Below, one piece after another: positions 8,880 to 17,473 of a DNA stretch of 32,193 nt. The translations under genes and the position numbers were made by a program. The notes under the pieces were generated by a model. That model worked only from the letters and a program-made list of their open reading frames with translations, did not search any database and was not told the DNA's origin. The first letter of the stretch is position 1. Each line of letters begins with the position of its first letter. The stretch comes from Patescibacteria group bacterium (GTDB taxonomy: Bacteria > Patescibacteriota > Patescibacteriia > JAACEG01): assembly GCA_034660735.1 (NCBI GenBank), contig JAYEJQ010000073.1, positions 1-32,193 on the forward strand, written 5' to 3'.

Positions 8880-10226
8880 ATGTTTATAAAAAATAAAAAG
8901 GAACTTTCAACAACTAAATATAGAAAAATAATTTTAGAATTAATTGAAACAGCCGTTAAAAGTGTCGCACCTAAAAATTTAATGCGCGGCGCGATTAGTT
9001 ATAACGACAAAAAACGAATATTAAAAATCAGAAAAGATAATTACGCGCTTTCGCTGACGGGGCGAATTTTTGTTGTCGGCGGCGGAAAAGCAGTTGGCGC
9101 GATGGCAGAAGAATTAGAAAAAATTATCAAAATTAAAAATATAACAGCAGGCATAGTTAATTGCAACAGCGATAGCGCTAATCCTAAAAAAATTAAAGTT
9201 ATTAAAGCAAACCATCCACTTCCAAGTCAAAAAGGCGTTTTGGGCGTTAAGAATATGCTTGCTTTAAAAAACAGATACGCGATTGGAAAAAACGATATTG
9301 TAATCTGTTTAATCTCTGGCGGCGGATCAGCTTTAATGCCATATCCCGCGGACGAAATCAGTCTGAAAGACAAACAAAAAATAACTGAATTATTATTAAA
9401 TTCAGGCGCGGATATAAAAGAAATAAATACCGTTAGGAAACATTTATCTAAAATTAAAGGAGGACAATTTGGAAAATTCTTTTCTCCAGCAATGGTTATG
9501 TCAATTATTATATCTGATGTTATTGGAGACGATTTAAAAACAATCGCCTCTGGAATTACCGCTCCTGATTATTCAACTTTTAAGCATACTTTGCGGATTA
9601 TTAAAAAATATAATTTACATCGCGATATTCCGCAAACAGCAATAAAACATTTAAAAAATGGAATTGCTGAAAAAATCGCGGATACTCCAAAAACTTTAAA
9701 TAATTGTAAAAACTATATTATTGGAAATAATAAATTCGCGTTGAAAGCAATTTTCAAAAAAGCAAAAAATTTAAATCTTAAGCCTCTAATCATTACTGAC
9801 AAACAGATTGGCGATCCGGCTAAAATAGCAAACCAGCGAGCGAAAGAAATTCTTAAAAAAAAATACAAAAACTATAATTGCCTTATAATCGGCGGCGAAA
9901 CAACACCGAAGCTCCCGCTAAAACACGGCAAAGGAGGCAGAAATCAACATTATGCCGCGAGCTCTATTCTGTCTATGAAACGATATAAAGAAAATTGGAC
10001 TCTTGTGAGTTTCAATAGCGACGGATCTGATTTTTTGCCAAATATTGCGGGAGCCGTCATTGATAATAATTCTCTTAAAACCGCAAGAAATAAAAAAATT
10101 AATATTACGCAGAATATTAAAAATTACGACAGCAACCCTATGTTGAAAAAAATTAAAAATTCTATTATAATAACAAAAGAGACAGAAACAAATGTAGGAG
10201 ATATAATAATATATATTTTAAAATAA
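8880..10226 (+). CDS. Glycerate 2-kinase (DUF4147/MOFRL, TtuD/GckA type)
   Basis: VVGGGKA, ANHPLP, LISGGGSAL, EINTVRKHLSKIKGG, IISDVIGDD, GGETT, GKGGRNQ, ETNVGD. TGcTATAAT lies 7 nt before the ATG. Confidence 0.9.
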   Translation: MFIKNKKELSTTKYRKIILELIETAVKSVAPKNLMRGAISYNDKKRILKIRKDNYALSLTGRIFVVGGGKAVGAMAEELEKIIKIKNITAGIVNCNSDSANPKKIKVIKANHPLPSQKGVLGVKNMLALKNRYAIGKNDIVICLISGGGSALMPYPADEISLKDKQKITELLLNSGADIKEINTVRKHLSKIKGGQFGKFFSPAMVMSIIISDVIGDDLKTIASGITAPDYSTFKHTLRIIKKYNLHRDIPQTAIKHLKNGIAEKIADTPKTLNNCKNYIIGNNKFALKAIFKKAKNLNLKPLIITDKQIGDPAKIANQRAKEILKKKYKNYNCLIIGGETTPKLPLKHGKGGRNQHYAASSILSMKRYKENWTLVSFNSDGSDFLPNIAGAVIDNNSLKTARNKKINITQNIKNYDSNPMLKKIKNSIIITKETETNVGDIIIYILK

Positions 10227-10261
10227 ATATGCTTATTTTGAATTATAAAATATAAAAATAC

Positions 10262-10306
10262 TGTCATTTCGACCCCGTCGCTCGCGAGCAGCGGGGCAGA
10301 ATGACA
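10262..10306. repeat. REP-like palindrome, type A, with degenerate outer arms (10237-10330)
   Basis: TGTCATTTCGA-CCCCGTCGCTCGCGAGCAGCGGGG-CAGAATGACA. 10297-10314 is the exact reverse complement of 30861-30878. Confidence 0.9.
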
Positions 10307-10339
10307 TGATTTTTTACTTTTCATAATTCATAGATAATT

Positions 10340-10714
10340 ATGTCATTTCGCTCTTATATCTTGCTAATATTATTTTCAACTATTATTTGCGTATCGGTGT
10401 TTGCGATAATAATTTTTTCAATAAACCCAAACGAAGCGAGTGGCTTGATTTTCGCGTTTTTTTATTTAAGTTTATTTCTATCTTTAGTTGGAATAATCAC
10501 TATTATCAATTCAATAATAAGAAAAATTTTCGTAAAAAACAAAATTCTTTTTCGTCAAATTGTTATCTCTTTTCGTCAAGCTATTTTATTCGCGCTGTTA
10601 ATAACAATATGCGCGGCACTGCAAAGCCAAAGAATTTTAGAATGGTGGAATATGCTGCTCTTAATAGCCACACTCTCAACAATAGAACTATTTGCTATTT
10701 CTAAAAAAACTTAG
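10340..10714 (+). CDS. Hypothetical integral membrane protein (about 4 TM)
   Basis: Four hydrophobic segments. ISFRQAILF...LQSQRILEWWN pattern resembles conserved CPR membrane proteins (recollection, not searched). Confidence 0.75.
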   Translation: MSFRSYILLILFSTIICVSVFAIIIFSINPNEASGLIFAFFYLSLFLSLVGIITIINSIIRKIFVKNKILFRQIVISFRQAILFALLITICAALQSQRILEWWNMLLLIATLSTIELFAISKKT

Positions 10715-10775
10715 TATAATAAATTTGCGTGTGCAAATCTAATAAAATTAAAATTATTTTTAATATAAATATTTT

Positions 10776-10895
10776 ATGTCTATCTTTAACAAGAAAAAAG
10801 AAACAGCCGCTGAAAAAGATATGAACTTGATATTCTGTGTCGGAATAGGAATTATTATTTTTGTGGCTATTTCAATATTTTTATTCTTTAAATAA
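10776..10895 (+). CDS. Small single-TM protein (39 aa); absent from the ORF track
   Basis: MSIFNKKKETAAEKDMNLIFCVGIGIIIFVAISIFLFFK*. Co-oriented with neighbours, with an AT-rich TTTTATG start context like other genes here. Confidence 0.55.
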   Translation: MSIFNKKKETAAEKDMNLIFCVGIGIIIFVAISIFLFFK

Positions 10896-10902
10896 AAATA
10901 AA

Positions 10903-10937
10903 TTAAAATCAAAACAATATTATTGTTTTGATTTTAA
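10903..10937. repeat. Perfect 17-bp AT-rich inverted repeat
   Basis: TTAAAATCAAAACAATA-T-TATTGTTTTGATTTTAA. Confidence 0.85.
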
Positions 10938-10954
10938 CTATTTTTTAAAAATAT

Positions 10955-11257
10955 ATGTTAGAAACAAGTAAAGATTTTTTGTTTATAATTTTGTCTTTTT
11001 CTGTTTTATTGCTAACATTCTGTTTTTTATGGCTATTTTATTATCTTATTAAAATCATACGAGATATTAGCGCTTCTATTGATAGAATAAACGATATAAC
11101 AAAAAAAATTGACAATTTGACAAAATCAATTAAAGATAAATTGGAAAGTTCAACTTCGCATCTATTTATGATTGGAGAACTGATCAAATATGCTATGAAT
11201 CATTTTAGCGAAAAACAAGATAAAAAAAATAATAAAAAAGTAAAAAATAATAAATAA
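10955..11257 (+). CDS. Hypothetical protein, N-terminal TM plus coiled coil (DUF948-like architecture)
   Basis: Hydrophobic residues 8-33 followed by a heptad-like amphipathic segment. Confidence 0.75.
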   Translation: MLETSKDFLFIILSFSVLLLTFCFLWLFYYLIKIIRDISASIDRINDITKKIDNLTKSIKDKLESSTSHLFMIGELIKYAMNHFSEKQDKKNNKKVKNNK

Positions 11258-11287
11258 ATTTATATTTCATAATCCATAAAAAATTAT

Positions 11288-11659
11288 ATGGCAAAAAAAA
11301 TTCTTTTAATTGAGGACGACGAAATGATAGCGGAAATATACTCTTTAAAATTCACTAATGCCGGTCATAAAGTTACGCAAGCGAATAGTGGATTGTCTGG
11401 ATATAAACTTGCGATAAAAAGCAAACCTGATATTATTATGCTTGACATAATCTTGCCTGAAATGGACGGTTTTTCAGTATTAAAAAAATTAAAAAGCAAT
11501 AAAATCACTAAGGATATCCCTGTATTCTTTTTAACAAATCTTAAGCAGGAAGAAGATATTATTAGGGGTAAAAAAGAAGGAGCCATTGACTATTTAGTAA
11601 AAGCTGACTTAACTCCAACTCAAGTTTTAGAAAAAATAAATAAATTTTTCAAAAAATAA
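11288..11659 (+). CDS. Stand-alone response regulator receiver domain
   Basis: ILLIEDD, IIMLDIILPEMDG (phospho-acceptor Asp), FLTNL, YLVKA. No output domain. Confidence 0.92.
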   Translation: MAKKILLIEDDEMIAEIYSLKFTNAGHKVTQANSGLSGYKLAIKSKPDIIMLDIILPEMDGFSVLKKLKSNKITKDIPVFFLTNLKQEEDIIRGKKEGAIDYLVKADLTPTQVLEKINKFFKK

Positions 11660-11663
11660 ATAT

Positions 11664-11881
11664 ATGGGTAAAATAAATTTAAAAAATGCGGTTTGGAAAG
11701 AAGAAAATATTATGTGGCATGGAATTTAAACACTGCGATATCCAGTTTTGGCGATACTAAAAAAGAAGCATTGGAAAGTTTACAAGAAACGCTGGAACTC
11801 TATTTTGAAGATATGCCGATATCAAAAGCAGGAAAAGTAGAACGTCCTGACATTATTACATCCGCATTTGAATATGCCTAG
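11664..11881 (+). pseudogene. hicB: Frameshifted HicB-family antitoxin
   Basis: ATG 11664 gives MGKINLKNAVWKE, then a 1-nt loss near 11703; the other frame continues KYYVAWNLNTAISSFGDTKKEALESLQETLELYFED (HicB motif). Confidence 0.75.
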
Positions 11882-12095
11882 CCCAATTAAACTAAAACTT
11901 GTAATTAAAACTCTTAATTCTAATGTTTTTATTCTTGTTTCCCAAAAAGGAAGCCCTACTAAATTCCGCAAAACAGGAAATCCAACAAAATCGGTTATCA
12001 TAAAAATGAGCAAAAAAGAAATTCCGCATGGAACTTTTAGATCTATTTTATTGCATTCAGGGCTTTCAGAAAATAATTTTAGAAAAAATAAATAA
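11874..12095 (+). pseudogene. hicA: HicA-family toxin, open frame but catalytic His replaced by Pro
   Basis: LVSQKGSPTKFRK instead of the canonical GSH (codon CCT at 11955-11957), then KEIPHGTFRSILLHSGL. The start overlaps the hicB stop. Confidence 0.7.
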
Positions 12096-12128
12096 ATTTT
12101 TAATAAAAAAATTTAATAAAAAAATTTT

Positions 12129-12734
12129 ATGGAACATCCAAAAAAAGAAAAAACTTTAGTCGTTATCAAACCAGACGGAATTCAAAGAACTTTAATAGGC
12201 GAAATCATTAAAAGATATGAAAAAATGGGCTTAAAATTAGTAGGTATAAAATTAATGAATCTTACAAAAAATTTTGTTGAAGAACACTACACACTTGATC
12301 CAGATTGGAAAAGAATAAACGGAGAAAAAACAATACAAGGATATAAAGATAAAGGATTACAACCTCCGTCCGAAGATCCATTAGAGGTTAATGCCGCGAC
12401 TTTAAAAAATTTAAAAATATACATGTCAAGCGGTCCTGTAGTGGCAATGATTTGGCAAGGAATGAATTCTGTAAAAATAGTAAGAAAAATCACAGGTGGA
12501 ACCGAGCCGCTAACTTCAGATGTCGGCACTATTCGCGGAGATCTTGTCTTGGATTCCTACCAAGTGTCAGACAATGACAACAGATCCATTAGAAATTTAA
12601 TCCACGCTTCTGGTTCTACGGAAGAAGCTGAAATGGAAATTAAGCATTGGTTTAATGACAATGAAATTATAGATTATAGATTAGTTCAAGAACAAATTTT
12701 ATACGATGTTAATTTAGACGGAATCAAGGAATAA
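12129..12734 (+). CDS. ndk: Nucleoside diphosphate kinase (long form)
   Basis: EKTLVVIKPDG, SGPVVAM, GTIRGD, RNLIHASGS (catalytic His). Has an internal insertion and a C-terminal extension. Confidence 0.95.
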   Translation: MEHPKKEKTLVVIKPDGIQRTLIGEIIKRYEKMGLKLVGIKLMNLTKNFVEEHYTLDPDWKRINGEKTIQGYKDKGLQPPSEDPLEVNAATLKNLKIYMSSGPVVAMIWQGMNSVKIVRKITGGTEPLTSDVGTIRGDLVLDSYQVSDNDNRSIRNLIHASGSTEEAEMEIKHWFNDNEIIDYRLVQEQILYDVNLDGIKE

Positions 12735-12747
12735 AAAAAATAAATAG

Positions 12748-12790
12748 AATATAAAAACAGCAAAATTTTTACTCTTGCTGTTTTTATATT
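12748..12790. terminator. Bidirectional terminator between convergent ndk and lepA
   Basis: 16-bp perfect inverted repeat AATATAAAAACAGCAA...TTGCTGTTTTTATATT with A/T tails. Confidence 0.8.
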
Positions 12791-12795
12791 TTATC

Positions 12796-14577
12796 TTATC
12801 TTTTTAACACTGAAATAAAAGCTTCTGTTGGAATATCAACTTTTCCCTTGCCTAAAGCCATCATTTTCTTCTTTCCTTTTTTCTGCTTTTCTAAAAGTTT
12901 GCGTTTTCTTGTCACATCTCCGCCGTATAATTTTGCGGTCACATCTTTTCGCATAGCTGACAATCTTTCAGAAGCGATGATTTTCCCGCCAACGCACGCC
13001 TGTAATTTTATCACAAACATCTGTTTTGGAATACTCTTTTTTAAAGCCTCAACTATTTTTTTTCCAACTTTAAACGATTCATCCTTATAAACAATAGATG
13101 CGAGCGCTTCCGTATTTTCTTCGGCGATTAAAATATCAAGTTTCACTACTTCTGTTAAGCGGTATTCTAAAAATTCATAATTCAAAGAAGCGTAACCAGA
13201 AGACACGCCTTTTAACTTGTCGTAAAAATCAACCAACAGCGATGTGAGAGGCATCTCGTAATGCAATACAGCCCTATTCTCATCTAAATATTCAGTTGTT
13301 TTGTAAACCCCGCGCTGCTGCTGGGTCAACTGCATTACCGCGCCTAAATAATCTTTTGGCGTAACAATATCAACAGCCATTATCGGCTCTTCAATATATT
13401 CCAACTGTGTCGGGTCTGGTAAATTTTCTGGATTTCTCACTTCAATTATTTCTCCATTCTTTTTTTTCGCTTGATAAGCTACAGACGGAACTGTAATCAT
13501 CAAATCCAAGTTATACTCCCGTTTTAACCGCTCCTGAAACACATCTAAATGCAACATACCAAGAAAACCGCAACGAAAACCATATCCGAGCGCTGGTGAA
13601 TGTTCTGGTTCGTAAATAAGGGAAGCGTCGCTTAATTTCAACTTTTCAATCGCTTCGCGAAGTTTTGCATAGTCGCTTCCGTCTTTACAAAAAATTCCTG
13701 AAAATACCATCGGCTTAACCTCCTGATAACCAGTTAAAGGCTCTGCTTCTGGATTTGACGCAATAGTGTCGCCAACCCTGCATTCTGAAACATTTTTAAA
13801 CCCGCCGACTAAATATCCAATTTCTCCCGCTGATAATCTGTCCGACTTTCTTAAATCTGGTTTAAAATAGCCGATATCTATTGCTTCGCCTCTATTTTTT
13901 GTCGCCAGCAATTTTACTTTATCCCCTATTTTCAACTCCCCGCTCACAACTCTGATATAAGCGATCACGCCTTTATATTCATCAAACACGGAATCAAATA
14001 TAAGCGCTTTAAAATCCTCGCTTTCGGATTTAGGCGGCGAAATTTTATCAACAATTTCCTGTAAAACTCTTTCCACACCTTCGCCTGTTTTTGCTGAAAC
14101 AGCTAAAATTTCATCTTCTTTGCATCCGATTAAATTTATAATCTCCTTTTTTACTTTTTCAACTTGCGCGTTTGGAAGATCTATTTTATTAATAACAGGA
14201 ATAATAGTTAAATCCTGCTCAAGCGCTAAATACAAATTTGCCAATGTCTGCGCTTGTATTCCCTGTGTGGCGTCAACTAATAAAATCGCGCCTTCAACCG
14301 CCGCCAAACTTCGGGAAACTTCATAGGCAAAATCAACATGTCCAGGCGTGTCAATTAAATTAAGAATATATTTTTTATTATTAAATTCGTAATTCATCCT
14401 CACGGGCTGCAGTTTTATTGTAATGCCTCGCTCGCGCTCTAAATCCATCTGGTCAAGCAACTGTTTTTTCATTTTTCTTTTTTCAACCGTTTCAGTAATT
14501 TCCAAAAAACGATCAGCTAAAGTTGACTTGCCGTGATCAATATGCGCGATAATGCAAAAATTTCTAATATTTTCCAT
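12796..14577 (-). CDS. lepA: Elongation factor 4 (LepA)
   Basis: IRNFCIIAHIDHGKSTLADR, LNLIDTPGHVDF, GFRCGFLGMLH, RKDVTAKLYGGDVTRKRKLLEKQKKGKK. Confidence 0.98.
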   Translation of the reverse strand: MENIRNFCIIAHIDHGKSTLADRFLEITETVEKRKMKKQLLDQMDLERERGITIKLQPVRMNYEFNNKKYILNLIDTPGHVDFAYEVSRSLAAVEGAILLVDATQGIQAQTLANLYLALEQDLTIIPVINKIDLPNAQVEKVKKEIINLIGCKEDEILAVSAKTGEGVERVLQEIVDKISPPKSESEDFKALIFDSVFDEYKGVIAYIRVVSGELKIGDKVKLLATKNRGEAIDIGYFKPDLRKSDRLSAGEIGYLVGGFKNVSECRVGDTIASNPEAEPLTGYQEVKPMVFSGIFCKDGSDYAKLREAIEKLKLSDASLIYEPEHSPALGYGFRCGFLGMLHLDVFQERLKREYNLDLMITVPSVAYQAKKKNGEIIEVRNPENLPDPTQLEYIEEPIMAVDIVTPKDYLGAVMQLTQQQRGVYKTTEYLDENRAVLHYEMPLTSLLVDFYDKLKGVSSGYASLNYEFLEYRLTEVVKLDILIAEENTEALASIVYKDESFKVGKKIVEALKKSIPKQMFVIKLQACVGGKIIASERLSAMRKDVTAKLYGGDVTRKRKLLEKQKKGKKKMMALGKGKVDIPTEAFISVLKR

Positions 14578-14595
14578 AATTATTTTTAATAATTT

Positions 14596-14664
14596 CTATA
14601 CCGCTTTTTGTGTCTTTAATAATATATCCACTTTTCCCCTGCCCAATGTGAATAATTTTGTCAT
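14596..14664 (-). other. 22-codon ORF upstream of lepA resembling the LepA C-terminus
   Basis: MTKLFTLGRGKVDILLKTQKAV*. ATGA overlap with the upstream gene. 14624-14646 is 20/23 identical to 12833-12855. Confidence 0.4.
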
Positions 14665-15227
14665 ATCTTAATTTTATCTTCTCCTTTTAATATCTTTTTA
14701 AAACGTTTAGACTCTTTTACTAATGCCAACACCTTCTTTCGCGTGTCAGCAGGGTGAGGAATTTTTCTAAATCTAAACCTCTCTTTTGTCCCAGCGGTCT
14801 GAATATGCACATCACCGTAATCTAAAAAAGTCGGAATTATACCATGCACCTCAGAGGTGACGTCTTGTATTTTTTCTATCTTCTGCTCAGAAATCACCCT
14901 AGAAAAAAGCCCTTTCTGCTCTATATTCAAAATTCTTATATTCGTCACTATCCAAACATCCAAATGATAATCTATAAAATTTGCGAATAAAAAAAGCCAA
15001 ATCCCCAAATAATACGCGCTAAACAACAACAACAAAAAAGGCGCTAAAAAATGATGCTCTAAAATTCCAGTGACAGAATTGTTAATCGCAATAAAAAAAA
15101 TAATCGGTATAACAGCTAAAAACACAAAAAGCAGGATTGATTTGAAAAACATAAACCAATGCCTTCTTAAAATTAAAATCGCTTTTTCGTCGTCTAACTG
15201 GTTTGGAAGTTTATTTGGGCTAAACAT
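14661..15227 (-). CDS. Membrane protein with bacterial PH domain (bPH_2/YdbS-like)
   Basis: LRRHW, two TMs, DVWIVTNIRILNIEQKGLFSR, IQDVT, LDYGDVHIQTAG. Confidence 0.85.
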   Translation of the reverse strand: MFSPNKLPNQLDDEKAILILRRHWFMFFKSILLFVFLAVIPIIFFIAINNSVTGILEHHFLAPFLLLLFSAYYLGIWLFLFANFIDYHLDVWIVTNIRILNIEQKGLFSRVISEQKIEKIQDVTSEVHGIIPTFLDYGDVHIQTAGTKERFRFRKIPHPADTRKKVLALVKESKRFKKILKGEDKIKI

Positions 15228-15339
15228 ATTTTATTTTAGAATTTATTCCCGAATTAAATTCAGGACAGGCTCTTTAGGATTTTATTTAAAATTTTATTTA
15301 AAATAAAACTCTAAAGGGTGAATTCCGTTTTATTTTTAA

Positions 15340-15485
15340 TAGACTTGTTGCGTAATAAATTTTGTAGCGCCCCGTAGGACTACGGGGTTAGGCAAATTTT
15401 TCATCCCCCCTCTCGCGAGAAGGGGGATGGAAAATTTGGCAAAAAGATTAAAATCGCAGTAGAAATTTATTACGCAACAAGTCTA
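15340..15485. mobile_element. 146-bp MITE-like element with perfect 23-bp terminal inverted repeats
   Basis: TAGACTTGTTGCGTAATAAATTT (15340-15362) and its exact reverse complement (15463-15485). TA at both ends, two internal GC hairpins, no ORF. Confidence 0.8.
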
Positions 15486-15489
15486 ATAT

Positions 15490-15714
15490 TTAAAAAATTT
15501 CTATTATCGCGTTCCAATTAATTTTCGCAATATTTAAAAAAGATACAATTAAAATCGCGAATGTTCCGATGCAAAACAATGCGACCATAAAATCACCGAA
15601 CAAATTCCTAAATCCAAAACGGAAAAGATGATAAAAACTAAAAAACACAAATATAAAAAATATTATTAAAAAAATAAAATATGGAAATAATAAAATTGAT
15701 AAAGAAAAAGACAT
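15490..15714 (-). CDS. Small 2-TM hypothetical membrane protein
   Basis: 74 aa, two hydrophobic helices flanking YHLFRFG. Its stop lies 4 nt from the MITE end. Confidence 0.7.
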   Translation of the reverse strand: MSFSLSILLFPYFIFLIIFFIFVFFSFYHLFRFGFRNLFGDFMVALFCIGTFAILIVSFLNIAKINWNAIIEIF

Positions 15715-15947
15715 AATGGGATTATTAACAAAAATTTAATTATTGTTTATTTTTCAATAAAATTTAATTTTTAGTTTGCTATTATAGAAATTTTAAATTT
15801 ACAATTTTAAATTTTAAATGATTAAAATAAAAAATTTTCATTCAGATAAGTCTAATAAACAATAATTTAAAATTAAAAAATTAAAGAATAAACTAAAAAA
15901 CAAATTCATTTTATTATTTAATCTTAAAAAACGGCGATGTTCAGTCA

Positions 15948-16982
15948 TTAAAACAGCTTTTTTGCGAATTTAATGCCTAAATGCTCATAAGCGGCTTCGG
16001 TTGCGACCCGTCCGCGCGGGGTTCTGTGCAGAAAGCCGATCTGCATTAAAAACGGCTCGTAAATCTCTTCAATTGTTCCAACTTCCTCAAAAGTCGCCGC
16101 AGCCAAAGTGTTAACCCCGATCGGTCCGCCATTGAATTTTTCAATGATAACTTGTAAAATTCTGCGGTCAACTTCGTCAAGTCCAAGCTCGTCAACTTCT
16201 AACGCGTTTAGTGAATATCTACTCACATCTTCAGTGACTCTTCCGTTAAATTTGACTTCGGCAAAATCGCGAACCCTTTTTAACAGACGATTAGCAACGC
16301 GCGGGGTTTTGCGAGATCGCTTGGCAATTTCACTCACGGCTCTATTTTCGGTTTCAATATTCAAAATATTAGCGCTTCGCGCAACGATTTTTTCAACCTC
16401 TTGATTATTATAAAAATTTAGATGGTGCGTATCTCCAAAACGATCTCGCAGCGGCGAAGAGATCAGCCCTATTCTTGTTGTCGCTCCGATAATCGTAAAT
16501 TTTGGCAGATCAAGCCGAAGCGTGCGAGCCGATGGTCCCTGTCCGATGATGATATCCAGCGCGTAATCTTCCATCGCGGGATAAAGTATCTCTTCAATTG
16601 TCTTATTTAAGCGGTGAATCTCATCAATAAAAAGAATATCACCTTCTTGTAAATTAGTCAAAATAGCCGCTAAATCGCCTGTCTTTTCAATAACTGGGCC
16701 AGAAGTCACCTTAATATTCACACTTATCTCGTTCGCTATAATATGCGCCAATGTCGTTTTTCCAAGCCCGGGAGGACCGTATAAAAGCAGGTGTTCAATT
16801 GGCTCCTTACGTTTCAATGCTGCCTGCATAAAAATTTCCAAATTATTTTTTATCTTTTCCTGCCCGATATATTCTTTTAAATTTTTCGGACGCAAAGATA
16901 AGTCAAACGATCTGTCTTCGTCTTTTTCACCGCTTGAAACAATACGATTGTCATCATCTGTTTTTTTCATTGATTTTTTCAT
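15948..16982 (-). CDS. ruvB: Holliday junction branch migration helicase RuvB
   Basis: [52 protein letters not shown]. Confidence 0.98.
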   Translation of the reverse strand: MKKSMKKTDDDNRIVSSGEKDEDRSFDLSLRPKNLKEYIGQEKIKNNLEIFMQAALKRKEPIEHLLLYGPPGLGKTTLAHIIANEISVNIKVTSGPVIEKTGDLAAILTNLQEGDILFIDEIHRLNKTIEEILYPAMEDYALDIIIGQGPSARTLRLDLPKFTIIGATTRIGLISSPLRDRFGDTHHLNFYNNQEVEKIVARSANILNIETENRAVSEIAKRSRKTPRVANRLLKRVRDFAEVKFNGRVTEDVSRYSLNALEVDELGLDEVDRRILQVIIEKFNGGPIGVNTLAAATFEEVGTIEEIYEPFLMQIGFLHRTPRGRVATEAAYEHLGIKFAKKLF

Positions 16983-16999
16983 TATTTTCTATTAAAATC

Positions 17000-17144
17000 T
17001 GTCACCCTGAATTTATTTCAGGGTCTGTGTCTGTTTTTAGCTATATTATAATTAAGAGCGACTAAACATAAATTCAAAACTTACTAATCTGATTATAATG
17101 TAGCGACAATCAATGACAGATCCTGAAATAAATTCAGGATGACA
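17000..17144. mobile_element. 145-bp non-autonomous palindromic element, type B, copy 1
   Basis: 29-bp TIRs (27/29): TGTCACCCTGAATTTATTTCAGGGTCTGT / ACAGATCCTGAAATAAATTCAGGATGACA. Each TIR is itself a hairpin. Homologous to 24487-24634. Confidence 0.8.
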
Positions 17145-17200
17145 AAAAATAAAATATTCCGCCCCGCAACAGTCTCTAATAGGGAATACTATAAAAAATA

Positions 17201-17470
17201 TTATTTTATTATTTTTACTAATTTTAATTTACTGCTTTTTCCGCTTATAATTTTAATTTTATCTTTATCCACTTTAAACTCGCCAGCCAATAATTTTATC
17301 AGTTCTTTATTCGCCTTGCCTTTTTCAGGAACCGCCGCAATATTAACCTTGATTATTTCGCTCTCTGGCAATGTCCCACAAAACTCCGATTTCACGGCAT
17401 TTGTTTTAACCTTAATTTTTAAATGAATACTCCCCTCTTTTTTTAATTCCTGAATTTTTTTAATAAGCAT
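17201..17470 (-). CDS. DUF167/YggU family protein
   Basis: LKIKVKTNA, KVNIAAVPEKGKANKELIKLLA, IISGKSSKLK. Confidence 0.9.
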   Translation of the reverse strand: MLIKKIQELKKEGSIHLKIKVKTNAVKSEFCGTLPESEIIKVNIAAVPEKGKANKELIKLLAGEFKVDKDKIKIISGKSSKLKLVKIIK

Positions 17471-17473
17471 TGT

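Noticed and set aside
11693-11881. Intact 62-aa HicB starting at TTG 11693
   Set aside because: It lacks the first beta-strand, which is encoded from ATG 11664 in another frame. A frameshift explains it better.
14600-14615. ACCGCTTTTTGTGT resembles 21-33 (ACCGCTTTTGTGT)
   Set aside because: Short and gapped, plausible by chance in this composition.
15730-15905. AT-only inverted segments and a 10-nt match to the MITE end (AAGTCTAATA)
   Set aside because: Extremely low complexity. It may be a decayed heptamer tract, but boundaries cannot be defined.
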